NCBI GenBank assembly: GCA_037447605.1
Contig: CM074806.1
Location: 2,294,001-2,358,000, forward strand
DNA: 64,000 bases
From: Zygnema circumcarinatum SAG 698-1b
Taxonomy: Eukaryota; Plantae; Zygnematophyceae
Direction of reading: 5' to 3'
Part shown: positions 51,885 through 64,000 of the stretch, piece after piece
Layout: every line of letters starts with the position of its first letter
Numbering within the stretch: position 1 is the first letter of the stretch
Notes under the pieces: generated by a model
Database searches by the model: none
What the model saw: the letters and a program-made list of their open reading frames with translations, nothing else
Told to the model about the DNA's origin: nothing
Program-made: the position numbers and the translations under genes

Positions 51885-53710
51885 TTCTTCTCAATGTGGT
51901 CAGACGTGCGCTCTGCGCCGGAGAGTCCAATGGCCTCCTGTAGTGATTTGAAAAGACCTGCAGTCGGAGGAGCTCTAAAGATACCAACACAGATGAAGGT
52001 ATGCGATGGCGATAGGTACCTATTTCTCAAGGAATCTTGAAGCTGCAGCATGAACAACAAATAAAGCGAGTCATTACGATATCACTATGTCATTCAAAAT
52101 CAGCCAGTTACATCCTCTGCACGGTGCCTGTATAGTTTGACAACTGTAAATCAATGCAAACCACAATGGTTGATTGACAAGATCAAGCTACTGCATGCAC
52201 GCAGACACTCAAACAACGGGTTGAGAAAAACCCACTCAAACGTATGCAGCTGATGCTCAGCCCAAAATGCTACATTTTCTTCATCACCGCGCCAAAACAA
52301 GACGCAATATTATGCAAGTGGCTGACAGATTGACAAATCAGCCTAACTTTCAAACATCTGACCGTCAGAGGCTTATTGGATACATTTTTGGAAGGGGGAA
52401 AGGCGAATGAAGCCTGTGGGTCCAGCATTCCAAGCGAAGCAAATAAAGTGAACAAAGTGATACGGAGAGAAATAAAACTGATCAGGACAACACACCAAAA
52501 GAAATCATCAACGAAAGGAGTTTACACTCGACCTACTTAGTCTAATACCTCAGCTTGAAAACTAGTTATGCCTCAGTTCGTTAATGCCGTTCCTATGGGC
52601 TAATAACCTCTCCAATTTTTTCGCTAAATGATTTTACGAAGTTCTTGGCATTTGCGACTGTTCCACACGCAGTTTTGAAAATTCGTATAGATCAATACAT
52701 CGCTCTTCATCCTAGCGTGCCCTTGGGAACCATCACATGATCCGCCCTAAATGCTCCACTGCCTGTGCGAGTCCCTACAGCCTCTTGAAATTGATACAAA
52801 CTATTTTGAAAACTGTACAGTTGTACAATACTAAATGCAATCCAGTTTCGAACCAACGAATAGGGAAATAAAGCAAGGGCTCATAGCCACGAACCTTCTT
52901 CAGAATGCAAAAACTTTGGTCTTTAATACTTCTCTCTGGCCCAATGATTTATCCCTACACTTTTGTTAATCCTGCCGACAGTTCACTAGCAAACACTTCA
53001 ATATTATTCAGCTAGCTCTCCGGAATCAAGTTGAGCTCCTATCCACTAAACAGTTCGTCCAAATTGAACTTCCAGTTAACATACTTTATAATTTGTCAAG
53101 ACTATATTTTCCCTAGTCCAGTACCTGAAATGTGTATGAATCAGATAAACATAATGATTTGATTGCCGTCTATAACCTGTCCCACCCTAAGTGCAATGAG
53201 TACTTGAATATTTTTTTTGCCACTCAAAACGAAGGATTCTAATCCGTTCAGATAGACTGCCTTTGCAAAAGTGCAGCTAGGCATATTTCTTAGGGCAATC
53301 AAATTACCACCATCAAACCCACACCACATTCCCCTTTGCTCATTCTCCCAAACACTTCCAAACCTTGCAACGACTAGTCACGTAACCAGAATGCTTGAAA
53401 GTAAAAGCGCATTCAGAAAACTGATACACCTTCTCTTCAGTCAAACTTGTGTCTAGCACTGAAATTGAGTAACCCTTTTTCCTGCCGCCGACTGGAGTCC
53501 TCGGCACCATTCAGCGCAACACTGAAGCACAATACCTCTCGCCCTACAAGTAAACCACGTGACTGCTATCATCCTCAAACCTCTATCTCTCCCCTCTCTC
53601 TCTGCCTTCACTCCCTAACTTCCTTGTAAGGAAAAGCATCAATCCCACCATGCATGGTCAGTCATGAAACTCTCCCATAGGATCCCAGTCAGCCGTGAGA
53701 GCTCCCTTAC

Positions 53711-54097
53711 CTCCAAAAGGCGCGCAGCCGGCAAGGGCCACGTGGCTCGAGCAGAGCAGCAGCGGTCCACTGCCAGCTCTCCCTCCCTGCCTCCTCCCTC
53801 GGCAGCGAAACCCACTCTTCTTGCTCAGGGATGTGCCCCTACTTCAGCAGTGCTGCGCGCCTAGCATGGTATGAAAGCTGTGCGCCTGATGATACGTAAA
53901 GATGTTGTGCGATTAACCGGATGCATATGTCGTTAAAGCACACCCCAAAGGAAAAGCAGATCTGTACGGGTTTTTTTGGTTGGCGCCACGTGGCAAAAAG
54001 GGCCTTGAGCAGCAGCAAGAGTTCCCGCGCCTGCCTCCTCCCTCGCGAGGGAAGAGTTCTCCCTCCGCCGCAGCAGCGCCAGCAGCAGCAACAGGAG
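53711..54097. promoter_or_regulatory. Probable bidirectional promoter and 5' UTR exons for TOM7 (minus) and OGDH E1 (plus)
   Basis: GC-rich island bounded by outward-facing donors (GAG|GTAAGG on minus at 53711; GAG|GTAATC on plus at 54097), with two GCCACGTGGC palindromes (cores at 53739 and 53987). Confidence 0.55.
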
Positions 54098-54448
54098 GTA
54101 ATCAGCGGGGCTTGTAGGCTGGAACTGCCTAAATCAGCAGCCTAAACACGCAAGTTTTTAAATTTTTTGGAGAGGATTTACCTGCATTTCTTATTGCAAT
54201 ATTCTATTTTGGTGCTGATTTGGATGCCAGCTGGTTTTGTAAGGAGCGTCGGAACTGCTGCACTTGTGCATTTGAATTCAGCTGAATGATAATTTGATAT
54301 TTTTATGTTTTAGACTATCCGAGTGGTCGTGGAATGAAAAGCGCTTGCATTTTGTCCGTCTATGCGCCCCGGAACACGAAAGGGGCATAACTTTTTGTGA
54401 CTCTTCATGTTTGCAGGTGTCTACTTTCTCTCTTCCTTTCTCGTCACC

Positions 54449-57400
54449 ATGTCCTGGTTTAGACTGCGGGTACTGGGCTCGCAGGCCTTAGTTCGCAAAT
54501 CCCGACTTCTGCAACATAATGTCCATCAGAAAGCCTGTCCTTCTCCAATGCCGTTTTCGGGGTATGTTTACTTCTATTTAACTCAACCTTGCTGGCTCAG
54601 CACTTTGGGATGATTTGGCATCTATACTTTTGGACCTGTTGATTGATCTCTTGGTGTTTGCTCCAGCCAGACTGAGGAAGTAGATTTGGAGCTACTGAGC
54701 AGCTTCTTGTCGACTTACTAACAAGCTCTTGGCTGAATATTATTAAGGTGGCAACAAGGTTTGACGACGTCATTCAACTATTCCTTAGGAAAGCAGGAGT
54801 TGCAGTTGTAAATAAGTAACCTGTGTGTTTCCCACATCTCCAAACATAGAACGTGAACAAGTAACGTGAAGCTGTTTTAAAGCTGCTACTTACAGATACA
54901 TGGTGTGTCAGCAGCACAAGTCAGATATGTTCCTGCTTTGTTTCGCTTCGAAAGTTGGCTTTGTTTTTCTTTGAACATGGAATTGCGCGTGTTTTTGCAA
55001 GTGTATGTGCATGGGTGATTTCCGCTCTTTTCAAGTTTAAGATGAGCTTGCCTTCTGGGGAGTCGGAAAAGTGTCCTCCCATTCAAATTTACTGTATTTC
55101 CTTGTTGCAGTCGGCAAACCGTTTGTAAACATGCGAATGGTGATTTTTTCTGAACAGTCCGTGTTTACTCCTTTAGATGAACTACAGTTTTTGCCAGTAA
55201 AAAATCTTGACGTTGAACAGTTCTGTCCATCGAGGTAGCATTATACCTTTTTCTTTGCTTGTCCACTGCCGATGCTACATTTACTCGGCGGGGGCTTGGG
55301 GACCATGGAGCGATAAGAGGCTTTCTAGCTTGGACTATGCTTTATCAACACTAAACATGCCAGAAACACCTAAAAATTCTGAAAAGCGGGTCTTTTGACA
55401 GGCCATGCCCCACCTTTGCGTCTAAGCCCGCCAAAAACCTTTCTTCACTAACATTAGAGTATACGAGATAAGAAGCATTTGTTAATCGTTGTCTTCTGTC
55501 ACATACAGATAGCAAGGGTTTCATATCACTCCTGTTACTGTGAAGCCTCCTTCGCAGCTCTGATGCCTGTTCTGTTGGAGGATCTTGGGAGCAGCAGTGC
55601 TTCAGGGATATTAGCTGCTGGTCGTTATCGATGGTTACCAGCTATCCAGGCTGGCCGTCTTGCTGGCGTTCCAAGATGTTTCCATGGGAGCAGCTCTGTA
55701 ACAGCTCCGGAACCGAAGGCAGTCAAGCTTTCACAACTGACTGATAACTTTTTGGATGGTACAAGCAGGTAAGTTGGCACCAAATTTTGCGCTCGCTTTC
55801 TTCAATTAATAAATCCAAAGCTGGCTGGGCTGCCGCCAGCTCTTTAATTTGGAAGAGTAGACGAATCATCCAACAGTTGCTTTGATGGATTAGCATAGAA
55901 ACAATCCTACATAATGATTGCAAGATCCATTTCTGTACGCACCTACACAAGTTCCAGGGAGGCAAATACGGTGTATGGAGACTTAGCAATTTGAGGTGCA
56001 CTTTCCAGTCAACAAAAAATAGTTTATGGATGTCGTGCTGGGCTGTTGTTTCATGTAAGCTTGAGAAGGATGAAAAGTAATGGCTGGCACCGAAAGCAAG
56101 CCCGATGTCTGTAGAATATGAGACTGGGACACGTGCAAATGAAGCATGTTTCAAGCAATACCGCGAACCTCTCAGCAGACTTGGTGGATTTACGTGTCTT
56201 TGTATTGGGAGCTTTCCTGTTCAATGCATACCGGTTTTTTATGCTATGGGCTCGCCTGCAGTGTGTATCTTGAGGAGCTCCAGAGATTATGGGAGGCCGA
56301 CCCCAAGTCAGTGGATTCATCATGGGACACGTTCTTTCGCAACTTCACAGGACAACACGTTGGTTCTGAAAATGCTCTCTCAGGACAGACAATTCAAGAA
56401 AGCATGCGGCTTCTCTTGCTTATCCGAGCTTATCAAGTGAATGGGCACCTCAAAGCCAAGCTTGACCCCTTGGGGTTGGACGACCGCGTTCCACCAGGTT
56501 GGAGATGTGCCCATATTACTCTCTCCACAACGTATTGATAAGTATTTGGAATGAGGGTCAGAATTTTCTTTTGTTAATGGAATGTCTCCGTTCGTTCCCA
56601 TGATTTAAATGTTATTCCGCCAGGTGGAATGTTTTTTCGGAGCCTGTCTGATAGTAGCTGTAGGAAATCCCTCTGCTTACATACCGGGTGGCTTTAGAAA
56701 CGTCGCAAGTCCAACTAGAGCATAATGGATGTATGATTTTTTGTCTCAAAATTGCATCCAATTGTGACTGCGCAGGTCAGGAAAGAAGGGCCATAATGTT
56801 GAAAGCATTTTGAATTGAAACTGCTTTTGACGATTTAATATTGAAGACTCCTACTTGCAAGCCTTTTGGGCTGACTATAAGCATTTTGCACTACCAGGAC
56901 TCGATTATTTAGGCATGGGCGGGGTACGTTGTAGGAAGCAATGCCGGGACAAGACTACACTTTTTGTTTCTGCATGAACCTTTGCATTCATGGAAGCTTT
57001 CCTTTTGGTTAGCAAAGCGGGGTGAAGGTTGACAGGACTCAAGTAGGTCTTTTTGGAAAAACGGGTCGTTGTGTGTAGGTTTTACTTAAATCCAGGTAGT
57101 GTCCAATTACCAGTCCTTGGGAAGTTGCGAGCGGAGTAGGAGTAGTAGAAACAGATTTGAAGCGACTGAAGAATGCTTCGTAAGCTCTTTTCATCACTCC
57201 AGCAGCAACCCTTACCAACGAATAGGCTTACCAGAATTGTTTGATACTGAAAGAGGACAGGCTTGTCTTACATATTTGACATTGCTGATGTTTATGTTCT
57301 TTTTTCTTTTTTCTCTGTTTCTGGGCAGTGGAACTGGACCCAGCTCTGTATGGATTCACGGAAAGAGATCTCGATCGTGAATTCTTCTTAGGAGTTTGGC

Positions 57401-60400
57401 GCATGTCAGGTTTCCTCTCCGAGAACAGGCCTGTGCAGACATTGCGCGAAATTTTGGAACGATTGGAACAGGTCTGAATGCTAGCACTGTTCTTTAAATT
57501 TTCTTCAGAAGGTTTGAAAAGAAAGGAAAGGTCGATTGCATTTGAATGCACCTTCAAAACAGGTCACCTTGCAATTAGAAGTGGAAAAACTTGGGTAATA
57601 ACGAGTGTTTAAAGCTCTTTGGGCGGTTGCTTCGAGAGAGCATGCAAATAATTGCTAGTCCGTTTGCTGAGTGTCTTGTCGCTATCCAGCTCGTGCAAAA
57701 CAGTTGTATGCTACAGCTGGCCGCCCTCCTTTTCTTGGCTTTTTCCTGGCTTTTCCTATGCCCACGTAACAAGAGAATATGGGCCTCTAAGTCTTACTTC
57801 GGCACTGAACGATACATCTCGAGCAAACTTTTCCGCCTGCTAACTTTAGAGCGTACTCACTGTCCATTTGCTGTGTAAATCCTACACAGACATACTGTGG
57901 GACAATTGGATACGAGTATATGCATATTTCCGATCGTGAAAAGTGCAACTGGCTTCGTGAAGCAATAGAGAGGCCTACTCCGGGCAAGTAAGATTTCAGT
58001 CCTTTTGCCCTGCCTCCTGCTTTCTTCTCGTTGAAAGAACCAGCCTTGGTTTATGCATAGATGCACACCCAGATCAAGTAAAGACGATCCGGCATTTGGG
58101 TTCTGAGGATCGTTTTCATGATTGTTTCAATGCTGGTCCGCCTGTGCCTTCTTCGATGTTATGGGGATGGACCATCAGCCATGATGCTTATCATTAGCTT
58201 GACTGTTCTCATAACAGACAAGCGCTGCTTACTTTCCCATGTGCCCTTTCCACAGTCTTATTTCTAACGGATAGAGACTCGCAAGGTATCACATGACCAA
58301 GCTCATCACCTTTGCGCACCCCTTAACCTTGAGGGGAGGTTTAGGTCTGATGAGAGTCGAAGAAATGCTAGTAGTTACTGGTGAACATTGTATTGTTAGC
58401 ACATAAATTTCGGGAAAGAGCAGTTCATGAAAGTGGTTTGTTGACACGAGTGCCCCACTGAAGATGTATAACATGTGAAAGATCAATCAGGCCATGTTAT
58501 GCTCACTTCAAGAAAATTAAAAACGCTAATCAACTATTGCTCTTATAACTTGGACCTGCATGACCACCATCACCCAGAATCCACCAGCTTGCTTTATTAC
58601 CCCATGACTGAAACATTTTCAATCTCCTGAACCATCTTTTAGTCTAGTTTAATTGGACAAATCTCTGCTTTGGCAATACTGGGTCGAAAAATAAAGTTTT
58701 GTCATTTGTTCCTCCATCAGCTGTCATCGGCGGTTTTTCCTTATCCTCCCTCTTGATCTTATTGATCTCTTTCTTGACGAATAGCTGTCAGAGTGCCGTG
58801 CCATTTCCATTCACACCACTGCTTACTTACAGTTGTTCCTCCTCGTGCTCCGCCTTGTGTGCAGGTATAGCAAAGCCCGAAGAGAAGCAATACTGGATCG
58901 CCTTATGTGGAGTTCAAACTTTGAGACTTTCCTTGCCCAGAAGTGGGGAGCCGCTAAGCGATTTGGACTTGAAGGCTGCGAGACACTCATCCCTGGAATG
59001 AAGGAGATGATTGACAAAGCGGCAGATCAGGGCGTAGAGAGCATAGTTCTGGGGATGCCTCATCGTGGCCGCCTTAATGTCTTGGGGAATGTGGTACGAA
59101 AGCCCCTCCGCCAAATATTCAGCGAGTTCAGCGGCGGGATCAAGCCTGTAAATTCCGCGGACTCCGCCTACGTAGGTAATGGACTGTGCGCACTTTTTTG
59201 CCTGTTGCTAATACTTGCTAAAGACAATTTTTGGCATGTGTAATTCATATGAACAGAAAATCCTAAGTATTAATCAAAGCTAGTCCCATTTTTTGCTTTC
59301 GAGATACGTCCAAGGAGTTTGGGATGCCTGGTGGAGTAACTGATAACCATAATAAGTAACATAGACTCACTTTTTCAAGAAAAAACTCGTGAAGTCTGCA
59401 GTTCTCAAGATCCTTAGTATGTATCCTGTGCTTGCTCTACAAGTTCACAGAGCTGACCTTATGGGCCTCGACGCCTGTCTCTTCGTTCTCGTTCAGGCAC
59501 TGGCGACGTCAAGTATCATTTGGGAACCTCCTACGATCGCCCAACCCGCAGCGGGAAACGCATCCATTTGTCCCTTGTAGCAAACCCCTCCCACCTTGAG
59601 GCTGTGAACCCCGTGGTCATTGGAAAGGTGCGCGCGAAACAGTACTACTCCAAGGACGGAGACCGCACTCGGAACATGGCCGTGCTACTGCATGGAGACG
59701 GTTCATTCTCGGGACAAGGAGTGGTGTATGAAAGCTTCCATTTGCAAGACCTTCCTAATTATAGCACAGGAGGCACTATCCATATCGTGGTCAACAACCA
59801 GGTCGGCGGTTCTTTTGCTTCTGGTTCACTCCTCTTTCTATTTTATGATGTTGATGCTCCCTTGCTTCCTTGTGATTAGCCAATTCACTGCTGACGTATT
59901 ATCATGCGGCAAAAATGCGAGTCTTGTTAGCTTCTTGGTGTGGAGCTGAACTATGGCCATTGAGGCGAACTGACCGATGTTGCATACATCTCATTGCACA
60001 TGTTTGCCAAACTCTACAAGTTGGTGATTGTGCTTTTACATCATCCCCTCGAATATGAACTCAGGTATTTTAAAACTGGAGACAGATCTTGTCTATGGCA
60101 AAGTTTGAATAATTGAAACAGGCTGGTTACAACATTCGTCTTCACTGCATGCTTTTGTTTATCTCCACGTGGCAGGTGGCCTTCACAACTGATCCTAAAT
60201 CCAGCAGATCTTCGCCCTACTGCACGGATGTAGCGAAAGCGTTGGAGACACCGATTTTCCATGTCAACGGTGATGATGTGGAAGCCGTCGTGCATTGCTG
60301 CGAAATGGCAGCAGACTGGCGGCAGAAATTCCATTCGGATGTGGTTATTGACATAGTTTGCTATCGTCGTTTCGGACACAATGAGATTGATGAGCCCTCG

Positions 60401-63400
60401 TTCACACAGCCACAAATGTATCAGGTGAGCACTGCCAGGTTCGCGCAAGTGCTCCGCACTTCTAATGTCGATGGGTATTCTTTGTCAATTTCCTATTCTT
60501 TTCTTTGTTTGCGATTCAGACTTGTGAAACCAATAGTGTTTGGTTGGATTAGGCTTGGTTTTGTTACAAATACCCTAAAAGCCATGATCTGTACTGTACT
60601 GTACTGACTGTACTTAAGTGGTGAGTGAAACATGAAATCTATCAGCAAAGCGCTGCCTTTTGTACGTTTGTTGATCCAAAAGACAGTTTTAGGCCTGCAC
60701 CTGGTATACCTTGTTGCTGTAACTTTCAGTTATGAAAGAGAACTAAAGGCATACTTGTTTCAGAACAGCTGAAACTTCGTGTGAACATCTGTGGCAGATG
60801 TGTCTCAGGTGACAGAAGTTTCCAAAACAAAATTACATTGCAAATCTACTGTTTCCATTTTTTGTAGTTTTGGAAAGCTGCAGTCTGAATGGCAGAAATA
60901 TGAGAGGCCAAGGTTCAATTTAAGTGACTTTGAACAAGGGACTGCGTGTGTTTAAGCGACTTGGTAGAAGAGACCACAAGTATCCATCAGTTCAATGGAG
61001 GCCTGCTGCGTTGACTTTTGCCTTCACTGAGGTTGAATTTCCATACTATGATGGCTGTCCGGACCTGCACTGAGACCAGCACATTATCGCATGCCTGCTA
61101 AATTGTCCAGGTGATTAAGCAGCATCAGCCTGCCCTCGAGATTTATCAGAAGCAGCTTATTGACTCAGGGGTGCTAACGGAGAAGGAAGTCAAATCGATG
61201 GAAGATCGCATCTTCAGTATCTTGAATGAGGAGTACATTGGAAGCAAGGACTATGTGCCATCAACTCGCGACTGGCTATCAGCATATTGGGCTGGGTTTA
61301 AAGGCCCAGAGCAACTGTCAAGGATACGAAATACAGGGTGAGTACTGAACAGAAGACTGCATGTTGGTTCACTTGATCCGGTTAACAAAGGAGTAATCAG
61401 CTAAATAATTGATATCGTGAATTGGCAAACGTGAAACTGATATCGGTCTGATGATCACAGGCATGGACACTCTAAAGGAAAGAAAGAGTCTTTCTTCGAT
61501 TATAGTTTCCATTTATCTTAGCCTGAATCAGTATTTTGAAACTTCAATAGTTGATCCACTGATGATTGTGTCGCAGAGTTAGTGGTATTTTTCAACTCGA
61601 GATGACACCTTATTGAGTATATCAATGCATCTTTAGCGATCGAAATGTGCTTCAGGATTCTCCAGAGCCTGTGATGCAGCAAATCAGGAAAAAACACAAG
61701 CAGTTGAATTGCTGACCTTCGAGGTGTGCTGCTAGGAAGCTAGCATCTGTCATGGGTTTCTTTCTAGCGAGGGAGAAGTGTCGTACTAGTTCGGATAGGT
61801 CCTTCTGAAAAACTGACATTTCGAAAAATGGACTTCAGCTTCCAAGGGCAAAAGATTCTTAGAAGTTTCGGGAATACAGGATCACTTAAGCAACAAGATT
61901 AAGTATACGCTACTGACGTAAGGGGGTCGGTTTTGGCTGAATCTGGTGGCAACTATGTTGGAGGAATGCGTCTGGTTACGCGTCTGAAATGCATGTACAA
62001 GTGCACTTTAGGTGCTTCCGTTTCAGTGATCACAGCCTTCTTCTGTTTGCCATTTTCTGTGGCAGTGTCAATCCCGAAATTCTCAAAAGCGTTGGTAACA
62101 CTCTTGTCACACTGCCGGAGGATTTCAATGCACACCGTGGCATCAAGCGTGTGTACGACGCTCGATTGCAGGCCATCGAATCTGGGAAAGTGTGTCCCTA
62201 TCTATGTCTCTTTCACAAACAGGGCATTTTAGACAGTGAAGGAAAGTGAATCACCAGGTTCTCAAAGTGTACGGTTTGCATTTTAGAATAAAATGCTGAG
62301 TTTGGCTGGCAGGGAATGCTTGACGGCCTTTGTAGTATGTCTATGATGACTGTATGTTTTTTCCGTTAGTCGAGTATCTTCTTGCTCAGTGAAGTGGGTA
62401 CCCTTTCATGAGTGACTGGATGCGATTCTACTTTGGATTCTAGATCTGCTGTTTTTTAGAAAATATACTTTGTCCTCGACTTACGTTACTGAAAGCAGGT
62501 TTATTTGGGTTTCACTGAAAGTAGAGAGAGAGGAGGGGAGGGAGGGCGGTTGAGGGGTGTGAAGGGGAGGGGTAGGGAGAGGGACGAGGGGAGAGGGGAG
62601 ACGGGAGAGGGGAGAGATGAGTAAAGGAAGCGACGAGAGAGAGAGAGACCCTCCCTGCTTGGTTCCAAAAGAGTTGCTTCAGATGGTTTCCTTTTCCTCT
62701 TTAGAGTGACAATGTTTTCAATTTTATGGAAGCAGGGACTGGACTGGGCTGTTGCTGAGTCACTAGCGTTCGCCACACTGCTGGTTGAAGGCAACCATAT
62801 CCGGCTATCAGGTCAGGATGTGGAGCGCGGAACGTTTAGCCATCGACATGCAGTGGTGCATGATCAGAAGAACGGCGGGAAGTACATACCGTTAGATCAT
62901 ATCCTGCCGCATCAGCCGAAGGAGATGTTCACCATCAGCAACAGGTGATAGCATTCCCACTAAGCTCCAGTCCAGCCCTTATGTGAATAGCCTTGGCGGA
63001 GACTCGTCTGATCGTCGTTGCATGCAAGGTTTACTGTCTCATCGTTTTCAAGTGCTACGAGGTTCGTTTCTCAGTATGTGCTCTCGTGAAGTCAGCTCCC
63101 ATTTGCTGTAGTTAGTGTTCCTTTGCCTTTAGTAAGCTGTTTAATCGCAGCAAGCCTGTTTTCTAGCAAATTGTCGGGAGCATCCATAAATGCTGTCCTG
63201 CATACGTGCAAGAAATCATTCTATATCCTCCTTAGGCCGACAAGATACGTTCAAATCGTTTGAGTGATCATTACGCCACATTATGTTTCACTCTATCTTA
63301 CTACCCAGTCTCCACAGCCATTTCAACTGACCTCTTGGGATCATGCTGCTCTATTGTCCCTCTATTTGTGCAGTTCCCTATCAGAGTTTGGAGTGCTGGG

Positions 63401-64000
63401 GTTCGAGCTTGGATATTCAATGGAGAACCCCAACTCGTTGGTGTGTTGGGAGGCACAATTTGGTGATTTTGCTAATGGCGCGCAGGTCATCTTTGACCAG
63501 TTCCTATGCTCAGGAGAGTCCAAGTGGCTGCGACAAACTGGCCTTGTGTGCCTCCTGCCCCACGGCTATGACGGGCAGGGCCCCGAACATTCATCTGCCC
63601 GATTGGAGCGCTTTCTGCAGGTCAGGATCAGGAGCTCCGAAGCAAGTAAAACTCAGTGGCTGACTGGGCAGTAGTGTGTAACATAACCCAGTTACTGGTC
63701 TCTAACGTTTTTTTGTCAATGCTCTGGATACGAGTCTTAAAGAGAGAACATGAGTGGACGGCATGTGATGATCGTCATCCAGCTGATCCTATTGGCCTGC
63801 ACTGCTCCTGTAACTCTGCAGATGAGTGACGACCACCCGCATATCATCCCGGAAATGGATCCAACCCTGCGCCGCCAGATTCAAGAATGCAACTGGCAGG
63901 TGGTCAATGTCACGACTCCAGCCAACTACTTCCACGTGCTACGACGTCAGGTCGGCATCCTCTTCTAGACACCCTAAATTGTTCTGCGCGCACTGGTGTT
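54449..64000 (+). CDS. OGDH: Mitochondrial 2-oxoglutarate dehydrogenase E1 component, 3' partial. Approx. exons 54449-54561, 55598-55768, 56262-56497, 57329-57471, 57890-57988, 58865-59175, 59497-59801, 60176-60423, 61111-61338, 62066-62189, 62736-62944, 63373-63620, 63822-63950
   Basis: [16 protein letters not shown]; [17 protein letters not shown]; [16 protein letters not shown]; [11 protein letters not shown]; [15 protein letters not shown] (TPP motif); [12 protein letters not shown]; [16 protein letters not shown]; [13 protein letters not shown]; [23 protein letters not shown]. Confidence 0.97.

Noticed and set aside
52240-52290. Possible C/D-box snoRNA (GTGATGA...CTGA on minus) in the TOM7 5' intron
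   Set aside because: Boxes are too close together, and no terminal stem or recognisable rRNA guide was found.

Overview
Eukaryotic nuclear DNA with spliceosomal GT-AG introns and green-plant gene families, most consistent with a streptophyte alga or non-seed plant (inference). Eight host genes can be assembled by hand: an Rpr2/Rpp21-family zinc-finger protein with a very long C-terminal extension (minus, runs off the window start), a TEL/MEI2-like three-RRM protein (minus), FIP2-like BTB/POZ-pentapeptide protein (minus), ACD11-like GLTP (minus), a plastid NTF2-like protein (plus), EGY3-like M50 protein (plus), a 55-aa TOM7 missed by the ORF track (minus), and 2-oxoglutarate dehydrogenase E1 (plus, runs off the window end). 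The main structural finding is a 15.6-kb nest of five transposable elements (18945-34572) just upstream of FIP2. An outer ~480-bp Tc1/mariner-type MITE holds a Mutator-type MITE, a 5.2-kb non-coding hAT-like element inserted at that MITE's right junction, and a Ty3/Gypsy retrotransposon whose 3' LTR carries a TRIM-like element. Target-site duplications can be read for four of the five. Also present: a GCCAT-based satellite with a unique insert, a palindromic minisatellite complex, and three 10-N assembly gaps. Exon coordinates were counted by eye and may be off by a few bases.
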